Origin: Bacteroidales bacterium
GTDB taxonomy: Bacteria; Bacteroidota; Bacteroidia; Bacteroidales; UBA10428
Reading direction: 5' to 3'
Assembly (NCBI GenBank): GCA_046485045.1
Contig: JAWOHT010000273.1
Span: 648 to 64,647 of the forward strand
Length of the DNA: 64,000 bases
Under the pieces are notes generated by a model that saw nothing but the letters and a program-made list of their open reading frames with translations, was not told the DNA's origin and did no database searches. The translations under genes were made by a program, and so were the position numbers. Every line of letters starts with the position of its first letter. Position 1 is the stretch's first letter. Positions 16,944 through 27,141 of this stretch are shown one piece after another.

Positions 16944-17207
16944 TTAAAGAGCCAGTTCTGCTCCTGGTTTGAATTTTACAACTTTTTTGGCGGCAATTTT
17001 AATTTCTTTTCCAGTTTGAGGGTTACGGCCAGTTCTTGCACTTCTTTGTACCACAGAAAAAGAACCAAAACCTACAAGACCTACTCTGTCGCCTTTTTTC
17101 AAAGAGCCGGTAATAGCCTTGATAGTAGCATTTAAAGCTTTTTCACTAGCAGCTTTTGTCAATCCTGACTTGCTGGCAATAGCATCAATCAATTGTCCTT
17201 TGTTCAT
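16944..17207 (-). CDS. hup: HU-family DNA-binding protein
   Basis: 87 aa. [11 protein letters not shown]..., GFGSF and [12 protein letters not shown] are HU/IHF signatures. Confidence 0.93.
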   Translation of the reverse strand: MNKGQLIDAIASKSGLTKAASEKALNATIKAITGSLKKGDRVGLVGFGSFSVVQRSARTGRNPQTGKEIKIAAKKVVKFKPGAELAL

Positions 17208-17603
17208 AATTCTATAAGTTTTATTAATACTCTTGTTAAAAGTAGAGAATTATACGAATTTTTAAAAGTATTTCACTATGAAATAATTAACCAAAAGCCT
17301 AAAGTTATTAACTGTTTCGGGGTTTTGTTGTTAATAATTTGGGGTTTGAAACCGTTGGTAATACTGAATTTCAACCTGTTTATTAAAATTATATTTATGT
17401 AAGTCATTAATTGTCAATGCAATAAACAGATACTCTTTTTTATGTCCGCTTTCTGATAGGCCGCTACCTTTTAGTAGCAAAGACACCTGGTTTTTTGCCG
17501 GCATTTTTTATTTTTTTTTATGAATATCATCAATTTTTATCCCTGCGGAGTATCTTTATGACATAATTTACGAATATTATTAACTTTTCTGCAAAAGTGC
17601 CTG

Positions 17604-18263
17604 ATGAAATTGGTTCAAACCCTTGACAAATCCTTTACTGTTTATTCAGAAAGTATTGGTGAGAATTATCATTCAATAAACGGGGCTGTTACCGAGTCAA
17701 TGCATGTATTTATAAATGCCGGGTTCAATTATGCTGGTAAAGGCACTGTTACCATTCTGGAGGCCGGCTTGGGCACAGGCCTTAATGCATTGCTTACATT
17801 GTTCGGGAGCCTAAGTTCAGGAAGAAGCGTAAAGTATTATGCAATTGAACTTTATCCGCTTGATCATGAAATACTAAAAGGGCTTCATTATAAAGATTAC
17901 TGTGAATCTCAATATCAAACCGTAGATTTTTTTAGCCGTATTCATGATTGTGAATGGGGCAGGGATGTTGAAATAACAAAAGGTTTCATACTTCATAAAA
18001 TCAATGGTGACATTAAAAGTACTGATTTTCCCGATGGCATCGAACTTGTATATTACGATGCATTTTCTCCCCTAAAACAACCTGAATTATGGAGTCTTGA
18101 TATTTTTGAAAAATTGTATAAAAAGATGCTGCCCGGGGCTGTGCTTACAACTTACTGCGTAAAGGGAGAGATAAAACGTACCCTCAAAACGGCAGGTTTT
18201 ACAATCGAAAAGCTTCCGGGTCCGCCCGGTAAAAGAGAGATGTTAAGAGCAATAAAATGTTAA
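17604..18263 (+). CDS. stand-alone MnmC-type tRNA (mnm5s2U34) methyltransferase (MnmD/DUF752-like)
   Basis: 219 aa. The segments E.YHS..GA..ES.HVFI, ILE.G.GTGLN and YDAFSP....ELW resemble the MnmC C-terminal methyltransferase domain. Confidence 0.7.
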   Translation: MKLVQTLDKSFTVYSESIGENYHSINGAVTESMHVFINAGFNYAGKGTVTILEAGLGTGLNALLTLFGSLSSGRSVKYYAIELYPLDHEILKGLHYKDYCESQYQTVDFFSRIHDCEWGRDVEITKGFILHKINGDIKSTDFPDGIELVYYDAFSPLKQPELWSLDIFEKLYKKMLPGAVLTTYCVKGEIKRTLKTAGFTIEKLPGPPGKREMLRAIKC

Positions 18264-18399
18264 TGTTTTTTGTTTAATGAAACTTATGGCAAATGTGAAC
18301 AAATGCATTTTCAGGAATGTTAATAAGTGAACGAAAAGAACAGTTTTCTTTTCTGTTTAATTAACTCAATTATTGTATTTTTACTAAATCTGCATCAAC

Positions 18400-18864
18400 A
18401 TGGAAAAATTAAACAAAGGAGATAAAGCACCTCTATTTGAGGGAGTTGACCAGGATGGTAAAACCCTCAGGCTTGAAGATTTTAAAGGCAGGAACCTGAT
18501 CCTTTATTTTTATCCCAAAGATGATACCCCGGGATGCACTGCCGAAGCATGCAACCTTCGAGACAATTATGAAAACTGGATTTCAAAGGGATATGAAATA
18601 ATAGGAATAAGTCCCGACAACGGGAAATCACATAAAAAATTCAAAGCCAAATACCAGCTGCCTTTTAGTCTGATTGCCGATACCGATACCCGAATATTAA
18701 AACTTTACGGGGCATGGGGCATGAAGCAGATGTATGGAAAATCTTATGAAGGAGTTTTGAGGACCACCTTTGTTATTAATAAAGAAGGAATAATTGAAGA
18801 GGTGATCACGAAGGTGGATACCAAAGATCATACAAGCCAGATTATTAATGAATTAAAACTCTGA
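18400..18864 (+). CDS. bcp: thioredoxin-dependent thiol peroxidase (Bcp-type peroxiredoxin)
   Basis: 154 aa with the YFYPKDDTPGCT active-site motif. Confidence 0.9.
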   Translation: MEKLNKGDKAPLFEGVDQDGKTLRLEDFKGRNLILYFYPKDDTPGCTAEACNLRDNYENWISKGYEIIGISPDNGKSHKKFKAKYQLPFSLIADTDTRILKLYGAWGMKQMYGKSYEGVLRTTFVINKEGIIEEVITKVDTKDHTSQIINELKL

Positions 18865-18888
18865 AATACCATATAATAAATAATTGAA

Positions 18889-19905
18889 ATGACAAAAGAA
18901 CAACCAAACGACAACCTGCGGCAACAAAAACTCAAAGCGCTTGAGCTTACTTTAGGTAAGATAGAAAAAGATTATGGCAAAGGTGCAATTATGAAAATGG
19001 GCGACCATGCTATCGTGAATATCCCTTCAATTTCTTCGGGATCAATAGCGCTCGACTTAGCGCTTGGCATAGGGGGCTACCCCAGAGGAAGGGTTATTGA
19101 AGTTTTCGGCCCTGAATCTTCGGGCAAGACCACTCTCACAATACATGCAATAGCCGAAGCTCAGAAAGCCGGAGGCATAGCTGCATTTATTGATGCAGAG
19201 CATGCTTTCGACCGTTTTTACGCCCAAAAACTTGGGGTAGATGTTGAAAACCTGCTTATATCGCAACCCGATGATGGTGAACAAGCCCTTGAAATAACAG
19301 ATCATCTTATTCGTTCAGGTGCGATTGATATTATTGTAATAGATTCGGTGGCAGCCCTTACCCCGCGTGCTGAAATTGAGGGTGAGATGGGTGAATCGAA
19401 ACTCGGGCTTCAGGCCAGGTTGATGTCCCAGGCCCTGCGCAAATTAACCGCCAATATTAGCAAAACAAATACATGCTGTATATTTATCAACCAATTACGT
19501 GAGAAAATCGGGGTAATGTTCGGCAACCCTGAGACAACAACAGGAGGAAACGCGTTAAAGTTTTATGCATCGGTGCGTGTTGATATCAGAAAAATGAACC
19601 AGATAAAAGAAGGTGAAGAGGTAATGGGCAACCGCACCAAGGTTAAAATTGTTAAAAACAAGCTTGCACCACCATTTAGAAAAGCCGAATTCGACATTAT
19701 GTACGGTGAAGGAATTTCAAAAATCGGTGAGATTGTTGATCTGGGCGTAGAGTGCAATATTGTTAAAAAAAGCGGTTCGTGGTTCAGCTATGGCGATACC
19801 AAACTGGGGCAGGGCAGAGATGCAGTAAAATCGTTGCTTGCAGATAACCCTGAACTTTGTGAAGAATTGGAAAATAAAATTAAAGAAGCTCTTAAACCAC
19901 AATAG
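18889..19905 (+). CDS. recA: recombinase RecA
   Basis: Walker [10 protein letters not shown], plus the [33 protein letters not shown] segment. Confidence 0.97.
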   Translation: MTKEQPNDNLRQQKLKALELTLGKIEKDYGKGAIMKMGDHAIVNIPSISSGSIALDLALGIGGYPRGRVIEVFGPESSGKTTLTIHAIAEAQKAGGIAAFIDAEHAFDRFYAQKLGVDVENLLISQPDDGEQALEITDHLIRSGAIDIIVIDSVAALTPRAEIEGEMGESKLGLQARLMSQALRKLTANISKTNTCCIFINQLREKIGVMFGNPETTTGGNALKFYASVRVDIRKMNQIKEGEEVMGNRTKVKIVKNKLAPPFRKAEFDIMYGEGISKIGEIVDLGVECNIVKKSGSWFSYGDTKLGQGRDAVKSLLADNPELCEELENKIKEALKPQ

Positions 19906-19949
19906 TAGTAGTTTGGTGTATATTGATATAATTTAACGATATAAAAAAA

Positions 19950-20006
19950 AGGCTGTATAAAAAGTCGGTTAAGCCCATGAGGTGCTTAAAACTTTTTATA
20001 CAGCCT
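19950..20006. terminator. long bidirectional terminator hairpin between recA and rpoD
   Basis: AGGCTGTATAAAAAGT (19950-19965) pairs with ACTTTTTATACAGCCT (19991-20006). The loop contains a nested TTAAGC/GCTTAA stem. An A8 run precedes the hairpin, which gives a T8 run after it on the - strand. Confidence 0.75.
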
Positions 20007-20024
20007 CTTTAATACTGTTACATT

Positions 20025-20885
20025 CTAACCCAAATAGGGTTTTAATAGTTTACTTCTTGAAGTGTGGCGTAACCTGCGTATGGCTTTTTCTTTAATTTGC
20101 CTTACTCGTTCACGGGTAAGCCCGAAACGTTCACCGATTTCCTCAAGGGTCATCTCCTGGCAGTTAATTCCAAAAAAGAACCGGATAATATCACGTTCTC
20201 TTTCTGTAAGCGTGGCCAGGGCTCTTTCAATTTCTTTCATCAACGATTCACCAATAAGTTTGGTGTCGGCTTTTGGCGAATCGCTGTTTATAAGTATATC
20301 AAGCAGACTGTTCTCTTCTCCTTCCTGAAACGGGGCATCAACAGAAACATGACGTCCTGAAACACGAAGCGTGTCTGATATTTTTTCTTTTGGAATTTCG
20401 AGTGTGTCAGCAAGTTCTTCAGGGGTTGGAATTCTTTCGTATTGCTGTTCGAATTTATTGAAGGCCTTGTTAATCTTATTAAGCGAACCTACCTGGTTAA
20501 GAGGCAGCCTGACTATCCTCGATTGCTCGGCCAAAGCCTGCAAAATAGATTGGCGTATCCACCAGACAGCATAAGAGATAAATTTGAAGCCTCTTGTTTC
20601 ATCAAACTTTTCAGCAGCCTTAATCAGGCCAAGATTGCCTTCGTTTATTAAATCAGGAAGGCTGAGGCCCTGGTTTTGATATTGTTTGGCAACAGATACC
20701 ACGAACCTGAGGTTTGCTCTTGTAAGTTTCTCCAGGGCGGTTTTATCACCTTTTTTAATCCTTTGCGCGAGTTCAACCTCTTCTTCTACGGTGATAAGTT
20801 CTTCTTTACCAATCTCCTGCAAATACTTATCAAGTGATGCGCTTTCTCGGTTGGTAATTGATTTTGTAATCTTAAGCTGTCTCAT
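20025..20885 (-). CDS. rpoD: RNA polymerase primary sigma factor (Bacteroidota short form)
   Basis: 286 aa with regions 2-4: [34 protein letters not shown] and [20 protein letters not shown]. Confidence 0.95.
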   Translation of the reverse strand: MRQLKITKSITNRESASLDKYLQEIGKEELITVEEEVELAQRIKKGDKTALEKLTRANLRFVVSVAKQYQNQGLSLPDLINEGNLGLIKAAEKFDETRGFKFISYAVWWIRQSILQALAEQSRIVRLPLNQVGSLNKINKAFNKFEQQYERIPTPEELADTLEIPKEKISDTLRVSGRHVSVDAPFQEGEENSLLDILINSDSPKADTKLIGESLMKEIERALATLTERERDIIRFFFGINCQEMTLEEIGERFGLTRERVRQIKEKAIRRLRHTSRSKLLKPYLG

Positions 20886-20908
20886 GTGTACCTTTCAAAA
20901 AATTTCTG

Positions 20909-20941
20909 CGAATTTAGACTATTTTATAATATAATATCAAA
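20909..20941 (-). promoter_or_regulatory. candidate rpoD promoter (-33 TTTG, -7 TAAATTCG)
   Basis: On the - strand, TTTG (20941-20938) is followed by a 21-nt spacer and then TAAATTCG (20916-20909). This lies about 23 nt upstream of the ATG. Confidence 0.35.
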
Positions 20942-20955
20942 ATGAATTGTTTCTG

Positions 20956-20988
20956 AAAAAAAAAAAGACCTGCAAGTTGCAAGCCTTT
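20956..20988 (-). terminator. rho-independent terminator of htrA
   Basis: On the - strand, AAAGGCTTGCA-act-TGCAGGTCTTT forms an 11-bp stem (two G-U pairs). An 11-T run follows directly. Confidence 0.8.
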
Positions 20989-21012
20989 GTTTTTTGAAAG
21001 GTACCTGCCGCT

Positions 21013-22443
21013 TTACAGTCCGAATGCATAATATGCCACTACACCATCGGGATAGATGCCTTCAATGAATATACCACCCCTTGTGCTGTCAATGATCTTT
21101 TTAATTGCCTCAATGGTTTCAACGGATTTGTTGTTGACTTTTGTAATAACGAACCCTTTTTTTATACCTGCCGAAAGAAGTTTGCCCGATGAGAGTTCTG
21201 TAATTTTAACCCCGTTGGCAATACCAAGTTCTTTCTTATCATTATTACCCAACTCAACCAATTTTGCTCCAAGTACGGTCTCGTAGGTTTCCTGTTTTAC
21301 AATTTTTGTATCTCCTTGCAGGTTACGTAATGTAACATCAAATTGTTTCGTTTTGCCTTTTCTTTTCGCCAATACGGTTATTTTATGGCCTGGCCTGTAG
21401 CGGTTTACCTGTTCGGTTAGTTCAGAGGGGCTTGAAACATCCACATCGTTGATCTTCAATATCAGGTCACCGGGCTCAATACCTGCAGCTTTGGCAGCGC
21501 CTCCGTCACGAACTTCGGCAACATATACCCCTTCTATTTTATCCAGTCCCTTTTCATTCATAAGCACTGCTGTAACTTCTGAAATGGTTACTCCAAGAAA
21601 AGCTCTCTGCACAGAACCAAATTCAATAAGGTCTGCTATAACTTTCTGTACGATGCTCACAGGTATGGCAAATGATATTCCGGCATAACCCCCCGATGGA
21701 GATACGATGGCGGTATTGATCCCTACCAGCTCTCCTCTCCTGTTCACCAGTGCACCGCCTGAGTTTCCCCTGTTTACCGCGGCATCTGTCTGAATAAACG
21801 ACTCTATCCTGTAATTGTCCTGTATAATGCCAAGGTTTTTGCCTTTGGCGCTTACAATGCCGGCAGTAACGGTAGATGCAATGTTAAAAGGGTTTCCAAC
21901 AGCCAGCACCCATTCCCCCACTTTCAGGTCATCGGAATTACCGTACCTGATAAAGGGCAATTCTTTGGAATTTACTCTTAGCAGCGCAAGATCGGTGCTT
22001 GGGTCATTTCCAACAAGTTCGGCACTGAATTCCCTCTTGTCGTTGAGGGTGATTTTTATTTTCTCAGACTTATCTACCACGTGGTTATTGGTTACAATAT
22101 AACCGTCTCCCGAGATAATTACACCCGACCCGAACCCTAATACAGGTTCAGGTTTCTGGTAGCTGTCACCATAGAAAAATTCATAAATAGGATTGCGATA
22201 AGCTGCAGTTTTCATTTCGGTTGTAACATGCACCACAGCATGAACTGACTGTTCTGCAGCATAAGTGAAGTCGAGAGTGCTTTCATTAAATTCGCCCGGC
22301 AGGTTCACGTACCTGACAGGGGTTTCGACCCTCGCCGATAATATGCTTTTGTCATTATCAAAAAAAACTGAATACGAAAAAAGTGCTACCAAACCGCCAG
22401 CAATGGCAATCATAAAAACAACGATGATATGTTTTGCTTTCAT
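21013..22443 (-). CDS. htrA: HtrA/DegP-family periplasmic serine protease with two PDZ domains
   Basis: N-terminal TM/signal segment and a catalytic triad context (TNNHVV, DLALL, GNSGGAL). PDZ-like segments follow at the C-terminus. Confidence 0.92.
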   Translation of the reverse strand: MKAKHIIVVFMIAIAGGLVALFSYSVFFDNDKSILSARVETPVRYVNLPGEFNESTLDFTYAAEQSVHAVVHVTTEMKTAAYRNPIYEFFYGDSYQKPEPVLGFGSGVIISGDGYIVTNNHVVDKSEKIKITLNDKREFSAELVGNDPSTDLALLRVNSKELPFIRYGNSDDLKVGEWVLAVGNPFNIASTVTAGIVSAKGKNLGIIQDNYRIESFIQTDAAVNRGNSGGALVNRRGELVGINTAIVSPSGGYAGISFAIPVSIVQKVIADLIEFGSVQRAFLGVTISEVTAVLMNEKGLDKIEGVYVAEVRDGGAAKAAGIEPGDLILKINDVDVSSPSELTEQVNRYRPGHKITVLAKRKGKTKQFDVTLRNLQGDTKIVKQETYETVLGAKLVELGNNDKKELGIANGVKITELSSGKLLSAGIKKGFVITKVNNKSVETIEAIKKIIDSTRGGIFIEGIYPDGVVAYYAFGL

Positions 22444-22622
22444 AACTGTTTTTTTTATTTCATTTTTAACAATTTGTTACTCTCAAATCTAACGCCAAAG
22501 TTATAACATTGTTCTTTTTGCTTTACTTAATTAACAATATTTAACCAAGTAAGAAAGAAAGTATGACATAATTTCATGAATGGGACAATACTGAATAATG
22601 ATGAGCATATTTACAAAATATG

Positions 22623-22630
22623 TATATTTG
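22623..22630 (+). promoter_or_regulatory. candidate -7 box (TATATTTG) for the acyl-CoA ligase gene
   Basis: Perfect TAnnTTTG match 22 nt upstream of the ATG at 22652. It lies inside the longer ORF-track extension that starts at 22598. Confidence 0.4.
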
Positions 22631-22651
22631 AGCAAATTAAAACAATCTTTC

Positions 22652-24448
22652 ATGGAACCAAAACGTATATTTGACCTGCTGGAGAACTACCGCACAAAAT
22701 TTTCCTATAAACCTGATGCAATTGTGGCAAAAGAAAAGGGATCGTGGGCAAAATACAGCGCCGGTGATTATGTCAGCCATTCAAACTATATTAGTTACGG
22801 GCTTCTTGCAATGGGGCTGAAAAAAGGGGATAAAATTGCCACTATCTCAAATAACAGGCCTGAATGGAATTTTTTTGATATGGGGATGTCACAGGTTGGT
22901 ATCGTTCATGTGCCAATTTACCCTACTATCAGCAGCGAGGATTATGAATATATACTTAACCATGCCCGTCCGGCGCTTGTCATTCTTTCAGATAAGGCGC
23001 TATGTGATAAAATATGTCCGGTGGCAAAGAGGGTAGATTCAGTTAAGGAAGTATACAGTTTTAACGAAGTTGAGGAAATTAAACACTGGAAAGAAATTGT
23101 TGACCTTGGTATAAAAAATGCCGGGAAATACAAAACAGAACTTGAAAAGGTGAAAAGCAGCATTAAAGACGACGAAATGGCCACGATTATCTATACCTCC
23201 GGTACTACTGGCAATCCAAAAGGGGTAATGTTATCGCATAAAAACATTATGAGCAATGTTTATTCTATAACACAGATTTTTGATTTTAACGATACCCACA
23301 GAACCTTAAGTTTTCTGCCAATAAGTCATGTTTTTGAGCGTACCATTAATTATTATTTTCAGCGGGTAGGTATCAGTATTTATTATGCCGAAAACATGGG
23401 AACAATTACCGATAACCTTAAAGATGTGAAGCCCCATGTTTTTATTGCTGTTCCGAGGGTGCTTGAAAAGGTTTATGACAAAATTATCGGCAAGGGCAAG
23501 GACCTTAAAGGTATCAAAAAGCAGATATTTTTCTGGGCTGTGAAACTAGGGGCAAAATATAGATTCAATAACGGGAACAGCAGGTTTTACAACCTGAGGT
23601 TAAAACTGGCAAGAAAACTGATATTCAGCAAATGGAGCGAAGCGTTGGGCGGACAATTAGAGATAGTTGTTGCAGGAGGCGCTGCCTTGCAGCCCAGGCT
23701 GGCAATAATATTTTGTGCCGCCGGCATACCGGTGGTAGAAGGTTACGGTATGACAGAGGCTTCACCGGTGATTGCCACCAACAGACCTCCTGATAAAAAC
23801 GAAGTATGTGTTGGCACTGTGGGGCCTGCTATTCCAGGTGTTCAGGTAAAAATAGCCGAAGATGGAGAAATATTGTGCAAGGGCGATAATGTGATGATGG
23901 GCTATTATAACGAACCAGAATTAACCGCAGAAGTGGTTGACTCCGACGGTTGGTTGCATACAGGCGACATCGGCGAACTGATAATCGGAAAGTTTTTAAA
24001 AATCACCGACCGCAAAAAGGAGATGTTTAAATTATCGAGTGGAAAATACATTGCACCCCAAACCATTGAAAATAAACTTAAAGAGTCGTTTTTTATTGAA
24101 CAGGCAATGGTTATTGGCGAAAACGAGAAATTTGCCAGCGCACTTATTTCTCCAAATTTCCCGTTTTTACACAACTGGTGTTCATTGCATGATGTTAAAT
24201 ACCGCGATAACCCTGAACTTATTCAACACCCGAAAGTAGTTGCCAGGTATCAGCGCGAAGTAAATGAGATTAATAAACAGATCGGGTTAACTGAACAAAT
24301 TAAGCGTTTCAGGCTGATAAACGAAGAATGGACACCTCAAACCGGTGAATTATCACCTACTTTAAAGCTAAAACGCAAATACCTTACAAACAAATATAAA
24401 GAAATAATCAGTGAGATATATTCTGTGCAGAAAAACGGTAACTTGTAA
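22652..24448 (+). CDS. long-chain fatty acid-CoA ligase (AMP-binding family)
   Basis: AMP-binding motifs IIYTSGTTGNPKGVMLSH, GYGMTE and HTGDIG. I moved the start to the ATG at 22652 because the -7 box lies inside the upstream extension. Confidence 0.88.
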   Translation: MEPKRIFDLLENYRTKFSYKPDAIVAKEKGSWAKYSAGDYVSHSNYISYGLLAMGLKKGDKIATISNNRPEWNFFDMGMSQVGIVHVPIYPTISSEDYEYILNHARPALVILSDKALCDKICPVAKRVDSVKEVYSFNEVEEIKHWKEIVDLGIKNAGKYKTELEKVKSSIKDDEMATIIYTSGTTGNPKGVMLSHKNIMSNVYSITQIFDFNDTHRTLSFLPISHVFERTINYYFQRVGISIYYAENMGTITDNLKDVKPHVFIAVPRVLEKVYDKIIGKGKDLKGIKKQIFFWAVKLGAKYRFNNGNSRFYNLRLKLARKLIFSKWSEALGGQLEIVVAGGAALQPRLAIIFCAAGIPVVEGYGMTEASPVIATNRPPDKNEVCVGTVGPAIPGVQVKIAEDGEILCKGDNVMMGYYNEPELTAEVVDSDGWLHTGDIGELIIGKFLKITDRKKEMFKLSSGKYIAPQTIENKLKESFFIEQAMVIGENEKFASALISPNFPFLHNWCSLHDVKYRDNPELIQHPKVVARYQREVNEINKQIGLTEQIKRFRLINEEWTPQTGELSPTLKLKRKYLTNKYKEIISEIYSVQKNGNL

Positions 24449-24479
24449 ACCGGTAGCATTTAATTCTTTTACAGTTACC
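24437..24479 (-). terminator. probable terminator of the histidine kinase gene, overlapping the 3' end of the ligase CDS
   Basis: GGTAACTTGTAAA pairs with CTTTTACAGTTACC (12 bp with one bulge). On the - strand the hairpin is followed by GTTTTT. Confidence 0.4.
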
Positions 24480-24488
24480 AGAAGTGGT

Positions 24489-26186
24489 TCAGTTAAGGTA
24501 TTCTTTTAACAAGGCCAATGCTTTATTGGAATTTATGGGTTTACAAATGTAATCATTACATCCTGCTTCAATGCATTTTTGCCTGTCATTCTCAAAGGCA
24601 TGGGCAGTTTGTGCGATAATAGGTATTGCCTGGTTAAACTCCCTTATGATTCTGGTAGCTTCCAATCCGTTGATGTGAGGCATTTTTATGTCCATCAGGA
24701 TAATGTCGGGCTTTGAGGCTTTGGTAATTTCAATTGCCTCATTACCATTTCTTGCCCATTCAATTCTGATTTTCGTACCCTCAAGCAGCTCTTTCAGGTA
24801 TTCGTAATTCGATTCTTCATCTTCGGCTATTAGTATAAATTTATCAGCCCAGTCAAAGTCTCGCAGAGTTTCTTGTTTCGTTTTCTGCGATGTTATTGCA
24901 GATATTACTCTTTTATAAGGTAATGTAAAACTAAAGACCGATCCTTCGCCATATTTCGATTCTGCCCAGATAGTGCCACCAAGTAACCTTACAAGGTCTT
25001 TGCACAGAGAAAGCCCGATGCCTGCACCGCGAAAAACTGTCCTGTAATTCTCATCTTCAATCTTTATAAAGCGGTTAAAGATTTCTCTAAGATGCTTGTT
25101 CTTTATACCAATACCTGTGTCGCTTACAAAAAAGCTCAGTTGATTTTTGATCAACCGGTAACCAAATTTGATTTCTCCGCGATGGGTGAATTTTACCGCA
25201 TTGAACAATAAATTTCTCAGAACCTGCTCGAGCCGTACCTCATCGGTTTCGGTAACCAGGTCTTCTTCAGGCAATTCAAGCGATAAATTAATCTGGTGTT
25301 TGTTCATATCGTCAAGGATTTGCCTGAAAGTGACATACAGCTTATTTAACAATTTTGTCAGGTCTGTGTGTTTACTTGCCAGTTTAATTTGTTGAGAATC
25401 AATAATAGATATATCTATGATATCCTCGATCAACTGTAGCAGGTATTTACTGTTCTCGTAAAGCAATTTCAGGTACCGGTCTTTTTTTTCTTTAGCAATT
25501 ATGGGTTTTTGCAACAATTGTGAGAACCCGATGATCGAATTCATCGGTGTTCGTATTTCGTGTGAAAGGTTGGCCAGAAAAGAAGATTTCAACCTGTCGG
25601 AATTTTCAGCTTTATTTTTTTCACGCATATAGTTCATTTTGGCAAAAATGATAATGACCCCTCCAACGATAAAAAACATAACCGTGCCAAAATACAGGTC
25701 GAAGATGCGGGCAAATTCTGTATCATAACTGCTTACCAATTCGGGGTGAAAATATTCCACTGCAAAGAGTGCAGTGATATTAAGGACTATCACAGCAAGC
25801 AGTATAAACAGTGTTCTGCCCTTCATTACAAACAGAATGTATAGAAAGAAAACGAAATAAAGATAAATAACAGGGCCCTTTGATCCGGCATTGAAAAACC
25901 AGAACATACTAAAGGCCACACATGCAATAATGATCGCAATTATTCTTGTCTTATTCAGGCTGCTTCCCAACCTTAACGCATAATATATCCCCAGAAAAAT
26001 CAGGGCAGAAATCGTGGTAGACAACGTAATCGGGAAATGTAATTTTAAAATGATATTGATTGCTGTGGCATAAACCGAAACTAAAAAAGTAACAAAAACC
26101 ATTATGCTGAAGAAACGTCTGTCAAAATTGGTGTCCTCATTTTTTCCAAGTAGCAGGTTGAAAATGGTTTGCCCGGCTTCCTTCAT
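24489..26186 (-). CDS. hybrid sensor histidine kinase / response regulator with a polytopic membrane N-terminus
   Basis: About 6 TM helices, the HisKA H-box (SFLANLSHEIRTPMNSI), HATPase N/G boxes (NAVKFT, DTGIGI, GAGIGLS) and a C-terminal receiver (ILIAEDEE..., ILMDIKMP). The ORF-track start at 26201 is GTG; the nearest ATG is at 26186. Confidence 0.88.
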   Translation of the reverse strand: MKEAGQTIFNLLLGKNEDTNFDRRFFSIMVFVTFLVSVYATAINIILKLHFPITLSTTISALIFLGIYYALRLGSSLNKTRIIAIIIACVAFSMFWFFNAGSKGPVIYLYFVFFLYILFVMKGRTLFILLAVIVLNITALFAVEYFHPELVSSYDTEFARIFDLYFGTVMFFIVGGVIIIFAKMNYMREKNKAENSDRLKSSFLANLSHEIRTPMNSIIGFSQLLQKPIIAKEKKDRYLKLLYENSKYLLQLIEDIIDISIIDSQQIKLASKHTDLTKLLNKLYVTFRQILDDMNKHQINLSLELPEEDLVTETDEVRLEQVLRNLLFNAVKFTHRGEIKFGYRLIKNQLSFFVSDTGIGIKNKHLREIFNRFIKIEDENYRTVFRGAGIGLSLCKDLVRLLGGTIWAESKYGEGSVFSFTLPYKRVISAITSQKTKQETLRDFDWADKFILIAEDEESNYEYLKELLEGTKIRIEWARNGNEAIEITKASKPDIILMDIKMPHINGLEATRIIREFNQAIPIIAQTAHAFENDRQKCIEAGCNDYICKPINSNKALALLKEYLN

Positions 26187-26322
26187 TTTTTTAAAATGCA
26201 CTTTCTGAACGTATTAGAGTTTTAAGTTAATCCGTTATTGAACAGGTCAATAAAAATAGTTAAATTTATATCTAATATCGCGAAAAAATTTAATAATTAG
26301 ACATTTACCATGAACAGATATT

Positions 26323-27141
26323 ATGAAAAGCAGCTATAACCAAATCTTTAACAGGAATATAGGTCTTATAACACCCGACAACCAGGAGAAGCTGAAAAAT
26401 TCAAAAGTAGCGGTATTTGGTGTGGGTGGCCTTGGAGGTGTTATTGCCGAAGTACTTGTACGTAGTGGTGTCGGAAGTATCGTGCTTACAGACCGCGACA
26501 AGTATGAAGCATCAAACCTTAACCGTCAGGTTTTTGCTTTCTCTAAAACGATAGGTGAATATAAAGTTGACGCGGCCGAACAATTTCTGAAAGATATCAA
26601 TCCGGAGTTGCAGGTTAAGAAATACCTCCAAATAACCTCTGCGAATATTTCTGAAATAATGCACTCCGCAGATATTGTCTTACTGGCGCTCGATGATGTT
26701 GTACCCATCATTATTATCAGCCGCTACGCCAGACAGCATAAGGTGCCTTTGGTTGAAGGATGGGCCATACCTTTTGGCAATGTGAGGGTATTTACCGAAC
26801 AGACACCATCGCTGGAAGAGGTTTACCATCTGGATAACCTTGATAAAGACCCGGAATTGATTACTCCCGACGAAAATAAAGCATTGAATATTAAAATGTT
26901 GTATGAATTGAAAAAGATAAAAGGGATAGAAGGGTATTATTCTGAAGAGGCATTGCAGCGAATACAAAAGGGGCAGGTACCTTCTTTCGCCCCAATGGTA
27001 TGGCTTACTGCTGTTTTGATGAGTTTTGAGGCCATTAAGGTATTATTGCACCAGGGAAGAATAGCTTATGCACCGGGATTTGCCCTGTATGATCCATTCA
27101 ATCATGAACAATTACACAAATATCAAAATGAAAATTATTAA
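26323..27141 (+). CDS. ThiF/MoeB/HesA-family E1-like adenylyltransferase, cysteine-free
   Basis: Rossmann motif VFGVGGLGGVIAEVL, then LTDRD, NLNRQ and LALDD (MoeB-like adenylation residues). The 272-aa translation contains no Cys, so it has no CxxC zinc site and no catalytic Cys. Confidence 0.85.
   Translation: MKSSYNQIFNRNIGLITPDNQEKLKNSKVAVFGVGGLGGVIAEVLVRSGVGSIVLTDRDKYEASNLNRQVFAFSKTIGEYKVDAAEQFLKDINPELQVKKYLQITSANISEIMHSADIVLLALDDVVPIIIISRYARQHKVPLVEGWAIPFGNVRVFTEQTPSLEEVYHLDNLDKDPELITPDENKALNIKMLYELKKIKGIEGYYSEEALQRIQKGQVPSFAPMVWLTAVLMSFEAIKVLLHQGRIAYAPGFALYDPFNHEQLHKYQNENY

Noticed and set aside
22598-22651. N-terminal extensions in the ORF track (ligase 22598; pyk 48206; parE 57577; gldJ 38291; murF 39850; helicase 63627; DedA-like 31062)
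   Set aside because: Most begin at TTG or GTG. They contain predicted -7 boxes or a terminator hairpin, or they add residues with no counterpart in the protein family. Internal ATGs give canonical N-termini.
26309-26338. 9-codon ORF (MNRYYEKQL) just upstream of and overlapping the ThiF-like start, as a possible MccA-like precursor peptide
   Set aside because: It does not end in Asn as microcin C-type substrates do. The ThiF-like protein also lacks the N-terminal peptide-clamp extension of MccB (272 aa total). The ORF is too short to separate from chance.
26323-27141. Assigning the E1-like gene as moeB/thiF (molybdopterin or thiamine biosynthesis) or as tcdA
   Set aside because: There is no Cys, so no CxxC site and no rhodanese domain. 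No moaD/thiS or other Moco/thiamine genes are adjacent. The region after the Rossmann fold (LALDD...PLVEGWAIPFGNVRVF) looks MoeB/HesA-like rather than TcdA-like. Only the family-level call is retained.
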